A stretch of 64,000 bases of DNA. Source: Octopus sinensis (Eukaryota). The notes beneath the pieces were generated by a model that was not told the DNA's origin, did no database searches, and saw only the letters and a program-made list of their open reading frames with translations. Of the stretch, positions 37,291 to 49,027 are shown in pieces. The stretch's first letter is position 1, and every line of letters begins with the position of its first letter. A program made the translations under genes and the position numbers. The stretch lies in assembly GCF_006345805.1 (NCBI RefSeq), contig NC_043000.1, positions 152,334,001 through 152,398,000 of the forward strand, given 5' to 3'.

Positions 37291-37556
37291 TTCATCATCA
37301 TCATCATCATTTAACGTCCGTTTTCTGCGCTAGCACGGGTTGGACGGTTCGGCCGGGGTCTGGGAAGCCAGGGGCTGCACCAGGCTCCAGTCTGATCTGG
37401 CAGTGTTTCTACAGCTGGATGCCCTTCCTAACGCCAACCACTCCGCGAGTGAAGTGGGTGCTTTTTACGTGCCACCTGCACAGGTGCCAGGGGGGTCTGG
37501 CATCAGCTACGATTGGTTGGTGCTTTTTATGTGCCACCGGCACAGAAGCCAGTCGA
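37291..37556 (-). mobile_element. family-C RTE 3' end, 21 nt after the exon w10 donor
   Basis: (CAT)n followed by the family-C UTR. Confidence 0.85.
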
Positions 37557-37793
37557 GGATTGGATATCATTTCTATGTTTGATGTTCATATGTACAGAGT
37601 GTTTGGGCTAAATTTGATGATTTAGCTGTCTGAATTGAGCCTAAGGCCTTGTTCAAAGATGTGGGGATGAATTCCAGCATGCAGACACAGTCAGAACGCC
37701 TGCCATGTCCCCTTCTGCTGAATCCATAGTCTGTGCTGGAGTTATCCACATAATGTCTTACAGCCTTTAGTGTTCAGAGAGCACTGAGTAGCT

Positions 37794-38295
37794 CATCATC
37801 ATCATCATCATCGTTTAACGTCCGTTCTCCATGCTAGCATGGGTGGACGGTTCGACTGGGGATCTGGAAGCCAGAAGGCTGCACCAGGCTCCGTCTTATC
37901 TGGCAGTGTTTCTACAGCTGGATGCCCTTCCTAACGCCAACTACTCCGTGAGTGTAGTGGGTGCTTTTTACGTGCCACCTGCACTGGTGCCAGGCGAGGC
38001 TGGCATCGGCCATGGTTGGATTGGTGCATTTTACGTGCCACCGGCACAGAAGCCAGTCGAGGCGGCACTGGCTTCGGCCACGATTCGGATGGTGCTTTTT
38101 ACGTGCCACCGACACGGAAGCCAATCAAGGTGGCACTGGCTTTGGCCACGATTCGGATAGTGCTTTTTACGTATCTCCAGTCCAGGGGTCCTGGCATCTG
38201 CCGGGTGCCAGTCATAGGATTGGTTCAATTTCGATTCCGATTTCGATTTTGATTTCACTTGCCCCAACAGGTCTTCGCAAGCAAAGGTCTTCAAC
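37794..38295 (-). mobile_element. family-C RTE 3' end
   Basis: nearly the reverse complement of 4250-4670. Confidence 0.85.
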
Positions 38296-38410
38296 ATTAA
38301 CAATTTGATATCTGGTGTGAATCATCATGACAGAAGTAATTGTTTTCTAATATACAGATGGTTTCCAGTCATTCATCATCACTAGTTTCTTTCCTCAACT
38401 ACAGCTTTAA

Positions 38411-38631
38411 CCCTTTAGTGTTCAGATTACTCTGTTAAATGTAATACTTTTTCACTCAAATTGTTTTGGATTAATCCTGGATTATCTTACAGCTTTGAGG
38501 TTTCAATGATGTGATTGTTTATTTTTAGAATGGCATTGTAGGTTAGGTGTGAGAAGCTAGATATTGCCAGTTTGAATATAAAACATGTAGAATATATTGG
38601 GCCAGATTTGGCCAGTTTAAATACTATAGGA
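38411..38631. mobile_element. degenerate piggyBac-type MITE
   Basis: TTAA at 38407-38410 and 38632-38635; TIR ccctttagtgtt matches 9/12. Confidence 0.5.
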
Positions 38632-38869
38632 TTAATCTTTATGCTTTCCAAGACCATTGATTGTACACCAATACAAGCTGTTCCTGAGAAAGCAGAGACA
38701 TATAAAATTGTGAAATTTAGCCCAAACAACCTCTACATACACATACAGACATGGAATATTACGTAACTGTGCTGATGTATAAACATGCTGTTTCAGTATT
38801 CAGTGAGAAACTGACTGGTATGATTGGCTGTTATGGGTCTATAATACTGTATACTCTGATTAATATTAT

Positions 38870-39665
38870 GTGTATGCACACACGCATGCGCGCACACACA
38901 CGTGCACACACGCACACACGCATACATACACACACACACATACACACACACACGCACACACACACACGCACACACGCATACATACACACACACATGCACA
39001 CACACGCACACAGACACACGCATGCACACAGACACACGCATGCACACAGACACACGCACACGCACACACACGCACACACACGCACACACACACACACACG
39101 CGCACACACACATACACATGCACACATACACACACGCACACACACACACACGCACACACACACGCACACACACCACACACACACACACACACGCACACAC
39201 ACATACACACACACGCGCACGCACACATACACACACACACACGCACACACACACATACACACACGCGCACACACACACATACACACACACACGCACACAT
39301 ACACACACATACGCACACACACATACAGACACACATACATACACACGCACACATACACACACACATACATACACATACATACACACGCACACACACACGC
39401 ACGCACACACACACACGCACACACACTCACACTCACACACACATGCACACACACTCACACACACACACACACGCACACACATACACACACACAGACACAC
39501 ACGCACACACACGCACACACACACACGCATGCACACACACACGTGCGCACACACATACACGCGCACACACACGCACACACACATACACACACACATGCAC
39601 ACATGCATGCACACACACACACACACACACACAGAAATATGTGTGTGTGAGTGTGTATGCACACA
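38870..39665. repeat. ~800-bp compound purine-pyrimidine microsatellite (CA/CG/TA)n
   Basis: read directly. Confidence 0.95.
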
Positions 39666-40623
39666 CGTGCAGTGAAAGTTTTATGGCAAAATATGCCTAG
39701 TGTATGATCTAGTTATTTCAGATTCGTTATCTCTTAGCATTCTGTTGAAAATGTGTCAAAAGCCCTGCCCTGTAACGATTCTGTTACAGAACAGAAACAG
39801 ATGATGGAAAAAAGTGATTAGAGCTTTCCCCTAACATTAAAGAGTTTGTCACTTCCTTCAAAATGAATGTAAACAAGGTTAGTGAAACAGCCGTAATATG
39901 TGTTTCAGGACTGGCTCACCAATGCTGTCCCCTGTGGTACTATCATGTCCCAGTGATTGATCATAAGTTTAAATAGTGAAAACATTAACACAATTCTTGC
40001 TGTAATAAATCTAGGCTATTTGTATCATTTTTCTCTCATAGTTGAGATGTTCAAATATCCCAATTATTTAAATTTCTATTGCCTCTAAATCACATCAATA
40101 AAGTTGTGAAATTCATTAAAGTGTACGCATGCCTTTTATTTATGGAGTGGGGAAGATTCTAAACTGCTCACATTCTTCAACTGACGTCATTATGAATCAG
40201 TCTCAGACAATGTATTGACATTTATTAAGATTAGTTAATCTTTCTCAGGTCTTATTCATGATTAAATGAAACTTATCTTGTATTTGTTACCATCTGGATG
40301 AGAAACTGATAGTAAGGCTGAGATGTATTTAGCTGAAAACAAGTGTAGCTAGTTTTATACTACCAGATAATTTTCCATTCTCCCTAACTACAATATCTGT
40401 CGTCCCTAGAACAAATGCAGAACAGATAAAAACATATAAAAATATTGTAAATATTGTAATTTATCGAATTCAGAAAATTTTTCAAGTAGATGGAAATTAC
40501 AGTACACCCTCGCCCATCCTTGTGGAGACAGAAGATGAAGTCACAGAAAAAAAGATGTTTAAGTTGTATTTTAGAGAATGAAGCAACAAGTAAAATAGAA
40601 TCATTAATTCAATTATAAATTGA

Positions 40624-41020
40624 CTAGCAGTATCGCCCGGTGTTGCTCGGGTTTGTAAGGGAACTAACAATATAAGCATTTTTAGAGATGTAAAGTATAA
40701 TAGCCATCTCAATATGGCTAACCACAAAGGGGGGGGGTGTTACTGTAGCTTTTTACGTTCTGAGATTTAATAATACATTTTTAGAGAGTTACTTCCCTTA
40801 TATATGCCAAAAATGCATTAAAAATGGGAAAAATTGATGGTAAATTTTTTTTAAAATCGTAGACTCATCGTAGATGCGCACTAATACCAGAAGGGCTCGA
40901 TATGAATCACGACTATAAGATACCCGGTTTTGGTTAAACTGCACCGCAAAATGTGGGAGTAGTTAGGAATCTAAATCGTAGGAGACAGACAGCACACAAC
41001 CTCTCTTTTATATATAAAGA
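40624..41020 (-). mobile_element. non-autonomous Helitron, family H1 (complete)
   Basis: A|TC...hairpin..CTAG|T on the - strand. Confidence 0.9.
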
Positions 41021-41194
41021 TTAGCTTATAAACATTTCACAACTTTTTTTTCTGTTTCCGTTGAAACATCTGTATTGAAATAAATGTTATTAACAGACTA
41101 TTGAAGATGTTGAGGATTTGGGAATTTGGGTTTAAATAATCTGAACTACATGTTTCAAGTTTCACAACTCCTTGTAATTTTTTTTAATGTTAAG

Positions 41195-41342
41195 GTATTT
41201 AATCATGTGGAATCAAAAAATCTTTGTGGCTCAACAATTCCATCAAACATAACTTCATCAACAAATACAATACATTTAACATTCAAAACGGATGATGAGA
41301 CTGAAAGATCAGGTTTCAAACTGAGATACAGAATAGTATCAA
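41195..41342 (+). CDS. CUBN: exon w11, CUB C-half (VFNHVESKNLCGSTIP...FKTDDETERSGFKLRY)
   Basis: ttaag acceptor, gtaagt donor, phase 0/1. Confidence 0.91.
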
Positions 41343-41812
41343 GTAAGTTCTTTTTTCTTTTTGCATAAAGTAACTGGAAATTGTTTTACCTATCTATCTA
41401 TCTATCTTTTTATCTTTGTCTAACTGTTTCTGTCTTTGTCTGTCTGTCTCTCTACCTGTTTGTCTATCTGTCCCTTTTTCCTTTGTTCCTTTTCCCTTTT
41501 TTCTTTTTTTCTTTTCCTTTTTTTTTGTTCTTTTTTCCCTTTTATGATCCCTTTTGATCGAAAACCTTTTTTTTTATTCTTTTGTTTTTTGTTTTCTTTT
41601 CATCCCCCAAAAGAAAAGCTCTACCTTGTAACTTGTCCCATCTGTGTGCAGCCCTGTGTGGCCAATAAAGAAACTTATCTATGTTTGCTGTCACTATCTT
41701 TACATCTCTCTTTCCATATATACATCACCTTCACTCTCTCTCCTTCCTCCCCCTCTCTTTTGCTTGCTCTCTGCTTGTCTGTCTATCACTCTGTGTATCT
41801 GTCTATACTTAA

Positions 41813-42033
41813 CCCTTTCATTACCAACCCGGCTGAAACCGGCTCTGGCTCTGTAGTACAAATGTCTTGTTTTCATAAGTTCTGAATAAAAATCTTCCAC
41901 CAAACCTTAGTCACAATTTATGTTCCTAACACTAGCTTAATGATAACTAAGTTATTTTGCTAAATTCTTTGTTATACTTAAAGTAATTGAAAGAAACACA
42001 GAGCATCTCAAAATAAATTCAGTAATGAAAGGG
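41813..42033. mobile_element. piggyBac-type MITE (221 bp)
   Basis: perfect 12-bp TIR ccctttcattac; TTAA at 41809-41812 and 42034-42037. Confidence 0.85.
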
Positions 42034-43188
42034 TTAAATATTTTTGTGTAAATCTGTTTGTTATTGCTTCAGTTATAATCATATCATAGTTAAACATTAA
42101 AATAATATAAAAATATTTTAGTAGCATTAAAATGTTATAAAAATCAGCAAATTCTTGTGGAATTCATAAATGCATTCTTTAATTCTTTCAAATTTGTCAC
42201 AAATAAAACTTCCCCCTACAGCCAGCCAAATCCTTTGAAAGATCTCATTTCATTCTTTGCTTTACAACTTTCAAGGTCTAATTGGTCTTTCATTGTCACC
42301 TTACTGCCAAAAGTTCATCCTAAATACAAATTCTCTGTAGGTCCAGAAAACAATTCAGTCCTTATGAGTTGCAAATCCTCTACAAACCTCAAGTAAGCCC
42401 ATAAGTACTCTCATATATCTATAGTATTTCTGCAGCTACATATATGAAGATCTAAAACAAAGGCAGTCCACCTGGCTGGCAAAGGTTTACTCAGAAATAT
42501 ATTACAACAAATGACTTACATACACACTATTTCTTGTCTCAACGTATTATATCTGTAACGGCTTTTGTTTTCTAAACTTGCAAACTGCATATTCCCTCCG
42601 TTTAGGACTACCTGACTCACCTATCTTTTCTCCTTCCCTGACTCCTTTTGTTACACCTAGATCCTGGACTAAACACTTTGGATAACGCTTTTGTTTTAGA
42701 CGACTTCCCTCTATAATTTTCTTCTTATCCATGTTTTCCCAGAACTCTTAGAACTACAATTATTTAAGCTAATCATCTGCATTGATCTCCTTAGCCTTGC
42801 AGGACCTAGATGAACTAGATACAATGTAACTTCTTAGCTATTTTTGTATTTAGGAATGGTCATTTTGCCAGTTTAGCCAATAAAAACACACGCACTATAT
42901 ATTTGGTGTTACTTTGCTTCAGCGTTATTCATTTTTTACATTAATCTTAATCTTATTTCGGCCAGTGTTCTTTCGTCACACTCCTGTGACCTCATCAGTG
43001 GTCCTTTACTTTCTTCTTTCTTATTTGTGTGTCTCTCCTTACTAACGGTCAGCTATTTTGTATTTTGTATTCCTATTGTATGTGTCATCATTTGCGCATG
43101 CGTATACCTCTATGTGTATAAACAAAACTAAAAACATAATAAAATAAAATACACAGATAAATAAACAAATGGAAGTAAATAACTATAT

Positions 43189-43241
<53 letters not shown>

Positions 43242-43242
43242 T

Positions 43243-43385
43243 ATTTCTTTATTACCCACAAGGGGCTAAACACAGAGGGGACAAACAAGGACAGATATCG
43301 ACCCCAGTGCGTAACTGGTACTTAATTTATCGACCCCAAAAGGATGAAAGGCAAAGTCGACCTCGGCGGAATTTGAACTCATAAT
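43243..43385 (-). mobile_element. SINE family E fragment within (TAA)n in the spacer of the inverted repeat
   Basis: family-E body, head missing. Confidence 0.75.
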
Positions 43386-43387
43386 AC

Positions 43388-43421
<34 letters not shown>

Positions 43422-43646
43422 TAGGTGTAAACAAAATAAAAATAAACAAAAACAAATTACACAAATGTATATAAACAGGAGATACAAATATTACAGGCAC
43501 TTCTCCCCACACACACACTAACTAAACATAGACACACATAGAGGTATACGCATGTGCAAATGATGACACACACAATAGGAATACAAAATACAAAATGGCT
43601 GACCGTTAGTAAGGAGAGACACACAAATAAGAAAGAAGAAAGTAAA

Positions 43647-43691
43647 GGACCACTGATGAGGTCACAGGAGTGTGACGAAAGAACTCTGGCC
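43647..43691 (+). ncRNA. putative minimal type I hammerhead ribozyme
   Basis: ggacca CTGATGA g gtcac-aggagt-gtgac GAAA gaa CTC tggcc. Confidence 0.55.
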
Positions 43692-44118
43692 AAAATAAGA
43701 TTAAGATTAATGTAAAAAATGAATAACGCTGAAGCAAAGTAACACCAAATATATAGTGTGTGTGTTTTTATTGGCTAAACTGGCAAAATGACCATTCCCA
43801 AATACAACAATATCTGTTTCAACACACGATTTCACATCAAAAAATCTTGCAAAACAAATATATAAACGTAACTTCTTAGCTGTTCAACTTCTATAATATC
43901 ATTTCAGTTAGATGAGATTCTATAGAGTAGTTACTGGTGATCATTACAATTTGTAAATACTTATTTATCAAGAACTTTTGAATTTTTTTCTTTTTTTTTT
44001 CTAGTTTTCCAAATTTTTCAGAAAAAATTATTTTAAATGTACTGCCAGCAATGTAGACTTAAGAGTGTTAAAGACTTTAATGTGGTATTATGGATGTTAT
44101 TGGTTTTTTTTTTTGCAG

Positions 44119-44330
44119 TTGAGTGTGGAGGAAGTTTTAATGGTACAACAGAATCTCAAAATATTTCTGGACCAACAGCTTCTACTGGTTTGGAGCATGT
44201 AACAATGTGCCGCTGGATTCTTACTGCTCCATTAAATCTAAATGTTAGAATACAAGTTACTCTAATGAATATGAGCCAGAACTGTTTAGAAGACTACATT
44301 TTGCTTAAGTGCTTAAGAATGCCAAATATG
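44119..44330 (+). CDS. CUBN: exon w12, CUB N-half (ECGGSFNGTTESQNISGP...CRWIL...CLEDYILL)
   Basis: tttgcag acceptor, gtatga donor, phase 1/0. Confidence 0.9.
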
Positions 44331-44947
44331 GTATGACTTCAATTTTTTGAAATCTTTTTTTTATGTGTGTATGATGATGATGATGATGATGATAATGATT
44401 ACTATTGCTGGTACCATAATTAATTCCATTTCATTATTGATTTCATGGTTTCTTTTTAGCAATGATTATCTTTCTTTGATTTTCTTCTTAATCATAAAAA
44501 TCATATTTATATTTTTCCTTTTGACCCTTTTTTCAAGGTAATGTATACATTCCATGGTATCCAAAATTTGCTTATTCACATTTTGCGCAATTATTCTGCT
44601 CACATGATATTCAAATTATTATTATAACAGAATTAATTATACACCCATTTCCTTGCTTAAAATTACAAAATTAAAGGGAAACTAAGTACTCAATTTTAAC
44701 AAATTTTCATTCTCTATATATGTACATTCCAGCTTCTCAGACCCCAGTAAGGATTTGTATAATGTTAATTGTATAATGTTAATAGTCTTTGGAATTCCAA
44801 GAAAAATCTCCCCTCTTCCATCTGTCTCATACACATACAAGCTTTTATAGGGATGTTAGCTCTATTAAAACATAGTTTAAAAATAAATGTTCTATGATCA
44901 ATCCTTGCTTAAAATTGCCTGTATTTTATTTTCTATCTCCTTTGCAG

Positions 44948-45077
44948 CTACACAACATATATTGTGGAAATCAGTTACCACCAGTATTTTATTCATTAGG
45001 CAGTTCTGTTGAAATCAGCTACAGATCTCTTTCACTATCAGAAACACCAAAATTTGAATTGTCCTTCAAACTTTCAG
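44948..45077 (+). CDS. CUBN: exon w13, CUB C-half (LHNIYCGNQLPPVFYS...FELSFKLS)
   Basis: tttgcag acceptor, gtaaaa donor, phase 0/1. Confidence 0.9.
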
Positions 45078-45289
45078 GTAAAATGATACAGTTGGGTTTA
45101 AAGATATTTAATTTTCATAGAAGAATATTGTAGTTTGCTTGAAGCATTGTGTATTTTCTGTAAAATATAACGTGTCTTGAATGGTACAACAATGCATTAT
45201 AATAACAACAATAGACTATAATAACTGTTATAATTTTAATTATTCATAGTTTGATATAATAATAGTATTTTGTAATACAAAAATTCCTT

Positions 45290-45484
45290 CTTCAGATATT
45301 GTTAAAAATTGTTCGAGTCACTGCTACAATCGATTTTCCAATGGTTACTGAATTTTTTTTTCTGGAAGCATTTTTGGTGGTTCTACGATTTGTTGGCTAG
45401 GAGGAGATGTGCCGGGAAGTTAAACACACAGACACACACATAGATACACACACAGACACACAAGTTGAGTTTTATATATATAGA
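45290..45484 (-). mobile_element. Helitron-like 5' end (A|TCTATATATATAAAACTC plus GT microsatellite)
   Basis: terminus pattern shared with H1 and H2; 3' end not found. Confidence 0.45.
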
Positions 45485-45590
45485 TGTTTAAATGCATAAA
45501 TATGTCTATATATGAATAACTGTAGCCACTGAGTCACAAGCATATAGACTTACCCACTACTGTTTAACATTGTCAGTTATCATATTGAAA

Positions 45591-45984
45591 TGGCTGTGTG
45601 GTAAGTAGCTTGCCTACCAATCACATGGTTCCGGGTTCAGTCCCACTGCGTGGCATCTTGGGCAAGTGTCTTCTGCTATAGCCCCGGGCCAACCAATGCC
45701 TTGTGAGTGGATTTGGTAGACAGAAACTGAAAGAAGCCTGTCGTATATATGTGTATGTGTGTGTGTTTGTGTGTCTGTGTTTGTCCCCCTAGCATTGCTT
45801 GACAACCGATGCTGGTGTGTTTACATCCCCGTCACTTAGCGGTTCGACAAAAGAGACCGATAGAATAAGTACTGGGCTTACAAAAGAATAAGTCCCAAGG
45901 TCGATTTGCTCGACTAAAGGCGGTGCTCCAGCATGGCCGCAGTCAAATGACTGAAACAAGTGAAAGAGTAAAAGTGTAAAAGTG
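45591..45984 (+). mobile_element. SINE family A (5' few bases missing)
   Basis: family-A body and tail. Confidence 0.88.
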
Positions 45985-46072
45985 TTTGTGACTAACAGCA
46001 GCTGCTGATTATGAATAAGAATTAGCTATAATGTAAATGGTTAAGATCTGTAAATATATATATATATATAGC

Positions 46073-46339
46073 GAGATCGTTGCCAGTTCCACTGGACTGG
46101 CTCCTGTGCAGGTGGCACATAAAAAGCACCATTTGAGCGTGGCTGTTGCCAGTACCACCTAACTGGCCCCCGTGCCGGTGACACGTAAAAGCACCCACTA
46201 CACTCTCGGAGTGGTTGGCATTAGGAAGGGCATCCAGCTGTAGAAACTCTGCCAGATCAGATTGGAGTCTGGTTCGCCAGACCTCAGTCAAATCGTCCAA
46301 CCCATGCTAGCTTGGAAAGCGGACGTCAAACGATGATGA
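46073..46339 (+). mobile_element. family-C RTE 3' end
   Basis: family-C UTR and (GAT)n tail. Confidence 0.8.
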
Positions 46340-46800
46340 TATATATATATATATATATATAAATCAAATATAAAATATAAAATATAAATTACAAATGGGA
46401 CAAGAATGCAAAAACACACAAAGAGACGACACAAAAAAACAGACAGGTCACTCGAAGCCTCTAATCTTCAGTCGGAACCGGATCATCTTAGCAATTTCGG
46501 CTGTTTAATCTCGATATCACTCCGAACCGGCCAGCCCCAAGAACTAAGCCACAGGCATTAGATTTCTTAGAAAGAGGACAAGAAATCTAATGCCTGTGGC
46601 TTAGTTCTTGGGGCTGGCCGGTTCAGAGTGATATCGAGATTAAACAGCCGAAATTGCTAAGATGATCCGGTTCTGACTGAAGATTAGAGGCTTCGAGTGA
46701 CCTGTCTGTATTTTTGTGTCGTCTCTTTGTGTGTTTTTGCATTCTTGTCTCACTTTGTAATTTATATTTTATATTTAATTTCTATATATATATATATATG
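46340..46800. repeat. near-perfect ~230-bp-arm palindrome (probably Penelope-like)
   Basis: left arm to 46568, 11-nt loop agaaagaggac, right arm from 46580; (TA)n at both outer ends. Confidence 0.9.
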
Positions 46801-46927
46801 TATTAAGGCGGCGTAACGTACCCCTATCTCCTATATATATATATATATATATATATTAGATACTAGCTGAAGGTGACCCACTCTACGCGTGGGTAAGAGT
46901 GTGGTTGTTACTTTCTGTTGCTTCCTT

Positions 46928-47250
46928 TCAGCACGTAAAAAGCACCATCCGAACGTGGCGGATTGCAGCGCCGCCTTGACTGGCTTCTGTGCTGGTGGCA
47001 CATAAAAAGCACCAACCGATCGTGGCCGCTGCCAGCCCCCCTGGCTCCTGTGCCGGTGGCACGAAAAAAGCACCCACTACGCTCACAGAGTGGTTGGCGT
47101 TGGGAAGGGCATCCACCTGTCGAAACACTGCCAGATCAGACTGGAGCCTGGTGCAGCCTCCTGGCTTCCCAGACCCCTGTCAAACTGTCCAACCCGTGCT
47201 AGCACGGAAAATGGACGTTAAACGATGATGATGATGATGATGATGATGAT
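46928..47250 (+). mobile_element. family-C RTE 3' end inside H2
   Basis: family-C UTR and (GAT)n tail. Confidence 0.85.
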
Positions 47251-47508
47251 TCTCCCTCTTTTTTCTCTCTCCTTTCTCTCTCACTTTCCCACTCTCTTAC
47301 TCTCGGACTCTCCCTCGCTTTCTCTTACTCTCTATCTTTATCTATCTCTCTCCCATTTATAAACAACAGAAGATCTTGAGTAAGTTGAGAAATAAAATAT
47401 TTAGAAAGATCAATCATAAATATCAGGCAGTAACAATGGAAAGGTCTGCTTCAAGGCAGACAGCAAAACACAAACATTTAAAAGGGACAGACGAACTTGC
47501 GAGCTGAA

Positions 47509-47697
47509 TCATCATCATCATCATCATCATCATTTAGCGTCCGTTCTCCATGCTAGCATGGGTTGGACGGTTCAACTGGGGTCTGTGAAGCTGGAAGGCT
47601 TCATCAGGCCCAGTCAGATCTGGCAGTGTTTCTACGGCTGGATGCCCTTCCTAACGCCAACCACTCCGTGAGTGTAGTGGGTGCTTTTTACGTGCAA
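47509..47697 (-). mobile_element. short family-C RTE 3' end inside H2
   Basis: (CAT)n followed by the family-C UTR. Confidence 0.85.
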
Positions 47698-48113
47698 AAA
47701 TAATAAAATATTGGAAACCAAAGTTTGAAGGGATAGAATTTGAGGATAGTAGAGTCACCATGGCTGGCATTTCTTAACAACGGACAGCAACGTATTGACA
47801 GTTCAATGGCTGGCGTAAAATTTTGAACTTGATATAAAAGAAAATCCCTAAAAACCAAGTTTTGAATTGATTCTTTCTCACGATAGTAGACTCACGATGG
47901 CAAGCATTCAAAATTCTTCATCATGGACGGCAACACATTGACGATTAAAAGGCTGGGGCAAATTTTTTAGCTTGATGTAACAGAGAATTGCTAAACACCC
48001 GCTCCTTTAAATTTTAATCCCCTTCCAGCCCCATTTAGACCCCTTTTCACATTTTGGTTAATATAACCTGATTTCATTTGGGTCTACTAGGGCCACATTT
48101 TATAAGATGAGGA

Positions 48114-48268
48114 CTCAACCAAATTTCCCAAGTTCTGGTCATAGACCATAGAACACTCAACCAAGTTTCCCGAGTTCTGGTCATAGACCATAGAACAGTC
48201 AAGCAAGTTTCCCGAGTTCTGGTCATAGACCATAGAACACTCAACCAAGTTTCCCGAGTTCTGGTCAT
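48114..48268. repeat. 42-bp minisatellite, 3.7 units
   Basis: ctcaaccaagtttcccgagttctggtcatagaccatagaaca at 48114, 48156, 48198 and 48240. Confidence 0.9.
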
Positions 48269-48987
48269 TTGCAGAATAAATAGAGATGGCGGAGGTAGCA
48301 GACGTCGTTGCAATGTAAACATGATTTGTTTTAAGAGAAAGATTGTCCAGATTGTGTGTTGGTGGTGGTGGCGATGATAATTATCTTTATGAATGGAGAT
48401 AAAGAGAAATTGAAGGGGAGTTAGAGGTAGAAAGAAAAGGTGTAAATTTTGGAGTGAATCCGACGGGATGTAGTGGGCTTTAACCCCGGCAAAAAAAATA
48501 ATATCTGTTGCGTTTCTGAAAGAGGTGAAGTAGGAATATTGAAACTTTTGCGGCTGTCATTGATAGACTCATTGTAGAATAAATAGAGACGGCAAAAAAA
48601 GAGAGAGCTCGAGAAAGAAAAGGTGATATATGAAAGAGAGGACGGGAAAATGAAATATTTTGCAATGTAAACATGATTTGTTTTAAGAGAAAGATTGTCA
48701 TGATTGTGTGTTGGTGGTGGTGGTGATGATAATTATCATTAGGAAAAAGAGTGAGTGAGTGAGGAAGACATATACATAAGTTGTGGCGATGATAATTCTA
48801 GACCCCTTTTAACATTTTGATGAAGAGAACCCGATTTCATTCGGGTCTACTGGGGCCACATATAGGTGTGTGTGTGTGTGTGCAAACTGTAGAAATTAAA
48901 TTAGAGATAAAACCACTAATAGGGAAATGAAACAGTAAAAAACCAAAAACAAAAACATAAAAATAAAAATATAATATTAGATATATG

Positions 48988-49027
<40 letters not shown>

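Larger units (their letters stand above)
42840..43867. mobile_element. Penelope-like insertion with 274-bp inverted arms
   Basis: arms 42844-43117 and 43534-43807; 14-bp TSD gtaacttcttagct at 42826-42839 and 43868-43881. Confidence 0.7.

Noticed and set aside
38751-39700. Long His-Thr / Cys-Val ORFs of up to 299 aa (also 10729-11306)
   Set aside because: They are translations of (CA)n microsatellite, open in all frames, with no splice or domain support.
41540-41580. gatc-ccttt-tgatc-GAAA as a hammerhead remnant
   Set aside because: The upstream core is unrecognisable (cttttat) and the context is low-complexity.
46640-46705. Hammerhead in the 46-kb palindrome (GAAA at 46650, CTGAAGA at 46677)
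   Set aside because: Stems do not close directly on the core in any topology I could build.
48114-48268. Hairpin-containing direct repeats resembling a CRISPR array
   Set aside because: Head-to-tail units with no unique spacers, no cas genes, and an animal intron context.
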